In this document: one piece after another, positions 61,090-64,000 of the stretch | Numbering within the stretch: the first letter of the stretch is position 1 | Layout of the letters: each line of letters opens with the position of its first letter | Assembly: GCA_009693705.1 (NCBI GenBank) | Contig: SHWS01000001.1 | Coordinates: 4,067-68,066, forward strand | Direction: 5' to 3' | Source: Pelagibacteraceae bacterium | Lineage (GTDB): Bacteria; Pseudomonadota; Alphaproteobacteria; Pelagibacterales; Pelagibacteraceae | DNA length: 64,000 bases | Notes under the pieces: generated by a model | What the model saw: the letters and a program-made list of their open reading frames with translations, nothing else | The model's database searches: none | What the model was told of the DNA's origin: nothing | Translations under genes and position numbers: made by a program

Positions 61090-62157
61090 ATGAAAAAAAA
61101 AATTTTAATAAGCACTGGAGGATCGGGCGGGCATGTAATACCAGCGTCTGTCTTATTAGACCATTTAAATAATTCATATGATGTTTTAATTTCTAGCGAT
61201 CAAAGAGGTATTAAATATTTTGATAAAAAAATTAAAAATATTATTATTATTGATACTCCAAGATTAAACAATTTTTTTTTGTTACCTTTTTATATAGTAA
61301 AATTTATTTTTCTAAGTCTAAAATCTTTTTTTTTATTGAAAAAAGAAAATATTAAAATTTTAATTTCTACAGGCGGATATATGTCTTTACCAATTTGTTT
61401 ATCTGCAAAATTACTTAATATAAAAATTTTTTTGTTAGAACCGAATATGATATTGGGCCGAGCAAACAATTTTTGCTTGCATTTTAGTGAAAAAATATTT
61501 TGCTACTCAAAAGAAATTCCAAATTTTCCAAAAAAATATCTTTATAAAATAATAGTTTTAAAACCATTGGTAAGAAAAAAATATTATGAAAAGAAATTAA
61601 TTAAAAAAAAAAGAGATAAATTTACTATCATCATTGTGGGTGGCAGCCAAGGTGCAAAAATATTTGATGAAGTAATTCATGAGGTCATAGCTGAAATTTC
61701 TCCTAATTATCCCTTAAAAGTAATCCATCAAACCAGTGAACAAAATTTGCAGTCTTTAGAAAACTTTTATTTTAAACACAATGTTGAATGTGAAGTGTTT
61801 AATTATAATGATAATTTGTACAGATTTTTTTCTGAAGCAGATTTAAGCATATCCAGAGCCGGAGCTTCAACTCTTGCTGAGCTATCATTGCTTAATGTTC
61901 CATTCTTAGCAGTGCCATTACCAAAAGCAAAAGATAATCATCAACTTGAAAATGCAATTTATTATAAAAATAAAAACTGTTGTTGGATAATTGAACAGAA
62001 AGATTTTAGTAAAAAAAATTTTAATAATTTTTTATTAAATATAATAAATAATAAAGATCTATACCTTGAAAAAAAAATAAATTTGCAAAATTTTAATTAT
62101 CAAAACACCTGGATTAGTGTTAATGAAAAAATATTAAATACAATAAATGAATATTAA
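61090..62157 (+). CDS. murG: Undecaprenyl-PP-MurNAc-pentapeptide GlcNAc transferase
   Basis: GGSGGHV, GGY, EPN...GRAN, GGSQGA, SRAGAST, HQ..NA. Start refined to 61090. Confidence 0.96.
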   Translation: MKKKILISTGGSGGHVIPASVLLDHLNNSYDVLISSDQRGIKYFDKKIKNIIIIDTPRLNNFFLLPFYIVKFIFLSLKSFFLLKKENIKILISTGGYMSLPICLSAKLLNIKIFLLEPNMILGRANNFCLHFSEKIFCYSKEIPNFPKKYLYKIIVLKPLVRKKYYEKKLIKKKRDKFTIIIVGGSQGAKIFDEVIHEVIAEISPNYPLKVIHQTSEQNLQSLENFYFKHNVECEVFNYNDNLYRFFSEADLSISRAGASTLAELSLLNVPFLAVPLPKAKDNHQLENAIYYKNKNCCWIIEQKDFSKKNFNNFLLNIINNKDLYLEKKINLQNFNYQNTWISVNEKILNTINEY

Positions 62158-63544
62158 AATAGCAAAATCCGAAGTTATCCATTTTATAGGAATAGGCGGA
62201 ATAGGTATGAGTGGATTATCCCTAATAATGAAAGGCAAAGGATTTAAGGTGCAAGGTAGCGATATAGAACATAATAACAATGTAGATAGATTAAAAAAAG
62301 AAAAAATAAAAGTTTTAATTGGTCATAAAAAACAAAACATTAATAATGCAACTATACTGGTTATTTCTTCTGCGATAAAAAAAAATAACCCTGAATTAAT
62401 TGAAGCTAAAAAAAGACAATTACCAATTTATGGGAGAGGCGAAATGCTTGCAAACATCGTCTCATTGACCAAAAATATTGTTGTTGCCGGTGCTCATGGC
62501 AAGACTACTACAACCTCATTAATTGCCTCTATTTTTCAAAATACAAAAATAGACCCAACAATAATTAATGGTGGCGTTATTAATTCTATTAATAATTCAG
62601 CTAAACTTGGTAAAAGTAATTGGACAATTTTAGAGGCAGACGAGTCTGATGGTAGTTTTGTTTATATACCACCAACTTATTCAATTATTACAAATATTGA
62701 TAGAGAGCACATGGATTATTATAAATCTATGAAGGATATTAAAAATCATTTTATTAAGTTTATTAATAAAGTTCCTTCATTTGGAAAATCATTTATATGT
62801 CTTGATGATACAATTAATAAGGAATTACTTAAAGAGATAAAAAATAAAAATTTTTACACATATGGTTTTAATATAAAATCTAATTTTTGTATTCAAAATA
62901 CTAAACAATTTAAAAAATTTTCAGAATTTGATTTAAAAATATCCCTTCCAAATAAAAATAACAAAACAATTAAAAAAATAAAAATTCCTTTATTAGGTTT
63001 ACACAACATCCGTAATTCAGTAGCAGCAGCTGCTGTGGCTTTGACAGTAGGAGTATCTATTTCTGAAATTAAAAAAGGTTTAAAAACTTTTCAGGGTGTG
63101 CAAAGAAGATTTAATAAAGTTTTTACATTTAAAAATGTAGATTTCTTTGATGATTATGCACATCATCCTACAGAAATAAAAGAAGTCTTAAATAGTATAA
63201 AAACTGTTTATGATAATTATGAAAAAATTTGTATTTTCCAACCTCATCGAATATCAAGGTTAAAAGATCTAAAAAAAGAATTTACTTTTGCATTTAAAGA
63301 AGCAGATAAGGTAATTTTATGTCCTATCTACGACGCTGGTGAAAAGTTTAAATTAGGTTTTAGTTATTTAAGTTTTGCTAAAGAAATAATAAAAAACTCT
63401 AAAGTTAAGTTATTTTTAATAAACGACCAATTTCAATTAGCTAAGTTCCTTAAATATAGCATTTATGGAAAAAAAATAGTTGTTGGGATGGGAGCAGGAT
63501 CTATTTCTGCCTGGATTAGAGAATTACCAAATTTATTAAAATGA
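62147..63544 (+). CDS. murC: UDP-N-acetylmuramate--L-alanine ligase
   Basis: GIGGIGMSG, GAHGKTTT, EADESDG, NID.EH, DDYAHHPTEI, QPHR. Confidence 0.98.
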   Translation: MNIKIAKSEVIHFIGIGGIGMSGLSLIMKGKGFKVQGSDIEHNNNVDRLKKEKIKVLIGHKKQNINNATILVISSAIKKNNPELIEAKKRQLPIYGRGEMLANIVSLTKNIVVAGAHGKTTTTSLIASIFQNTKIDPTIINGGVINSINNSAKLGKSNWTILEADESDGSFVYIPPTYSIITNIDREHMDYYKSMKDIKNHFIKFINKVPSFGKSFICLDDTINKELLKEIKNKNFYTYGFNIKSNFCIQNTKQFKKFSEFDLKISLPNKNNKTIKKIKIPLLGLHNIRNSVAAAAVALTVGVSISEIKKGLKTFQGVQRRFNKVFTFKNVDFFDDYAHHPTEIKEVLNSIKTVYDNYEKICIFQPHRISRLKDLKKEFTFAFKEADKVILCPIYDAGEKFKLGFSYLSFAKEIIKNSKVKLFLINDQFQLAKFLKYSIYGKKIVVGMGAGSISAWIRELPNLLK

Positions 63545-64000
63545 AAAACTTAAATACAAACGAATTATTATTAGAATTTAAAGAAAATATAATACTAGAT
63601 TGTGATTTAAAAAAAAAAACCTGGTTCAATATTGGTGGTAAAGCTAAAATTTACTTCAAAGCTGAAAATCTTAAAGATTTAATTAAATTTTTAAAAAAAA
63701 TTAATAATAAAGAAAAAATATTTGTGATTGGAGCGGGTTCAAATACTTTAATCACAGACGGTACCTTTGATGGTGTAGTAATAAAATTGTCTAAAAATTT
63801 TAATAACATTTCACATTTATCTGATGATATAATAATTGCAGGCAGCGCAGTCTCAGATAAATCACTTTCTGAATTTGCAATGAATATTGGACTAAGTAGT
63901 TTTGAATTTTTATATTGCATACCGGGAACAGTGGGAGGCGGCATTAAAATGAACGCAGGGTGTTTTGGAAGAGAATTTAAGGATATTTTAATTTCACTTC
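63541..64000 (+). CDS. murB: UDP-N-acetylenolpyruvoylglucosamine reductase (partial, runs off the window)
   Basis: My translation from the ATG at 63541 gives TWFNIGGKA, IGAGSNTLI, IPGTVGGGIKMNAG; absent from the ORF track because it is truncated. Confidence 0.93.
   Translation, partial: MKNLNTNELLLEFKENIILDCDLKKKTWFNIGGKAKIYFKAENLKDLIKFLKKINNKEKIFVIGAGSNTLITDGTFDGVVIKLSKNFNNISHLSDDIIIAGSAVSDKSLSEFAMNIGLSSFEFLYCIPGTVGGGIKMNAGCFGREFKDILISL

Noticed and set aside
298-63944. Short ORFs in the track lying antisense to or out of frame within real genes (e.g. 298-540, 791-1009, 3723-4049, 5978-6259, 20591-20983, 31439-31918, 45017-45355, 55929-56348, 63651-63944)
   Set aside because: They are fully overlapped by well-supported genes and show the Phe/Ser/Leu/Ile-rich composition of antisense shadows, with no recognisable motifs.

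Overview
Very AT-rich, gene-dense core-genome segment of an alphaproteobacterium. Tiny or negative intergenic spacers, ccrM, the alphaproteobacterial gene order and a MurE-MurF fusion point to Pelagibacterales (SAR11); this taxon call is inference. Contents, in order: F0 ATP synthase (atpIBE, b', b), smc-DsbA-DUF721, mutY, a flavin monooxygenase, ccrM, rnhB, a family-4-like UDG, TPR-ispE, tRNA-Gln, cca, greA-hemF-trmL, petABC, the lgt...prs-rplY-pth-ychF operon, a MarR/OmpR/EnvZ triad opposite ilvE, uvrB-SDR-folB-uvrC-pgsA, aspC, trxB, an ELM1-like plus 2OG-Fe(II) oxygenase pair, carAB, yqeY-dnaG-rpoD, tRNA-Val and tRNA-Ile2, mlaCA, an amidase, rnpB, and a rearranged dcw cluster running off the end in murB. 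I see no mobile element, prophage, CRISPR array or foreign island. The most interesting signals are re-engineered core parts: (1) an 857-aa SMC with no recognisable hinge; (2) a tRNA-Val(GAC) with perfect stems but a co-varied, non-canonical D/T-loop elbow; (3) a UDG that has lost three Fe-S cysteines and two catalytic-pocket residues; (4) a tandem-G.U hairpin in the rplY leader; (5) ftsZ moved between mraZ and rsmH under inverted MraZ boxes; (6) two divergent genes that start in the same ATGCAT hexamer. All motif comparisons were done by eye and no searches were run.
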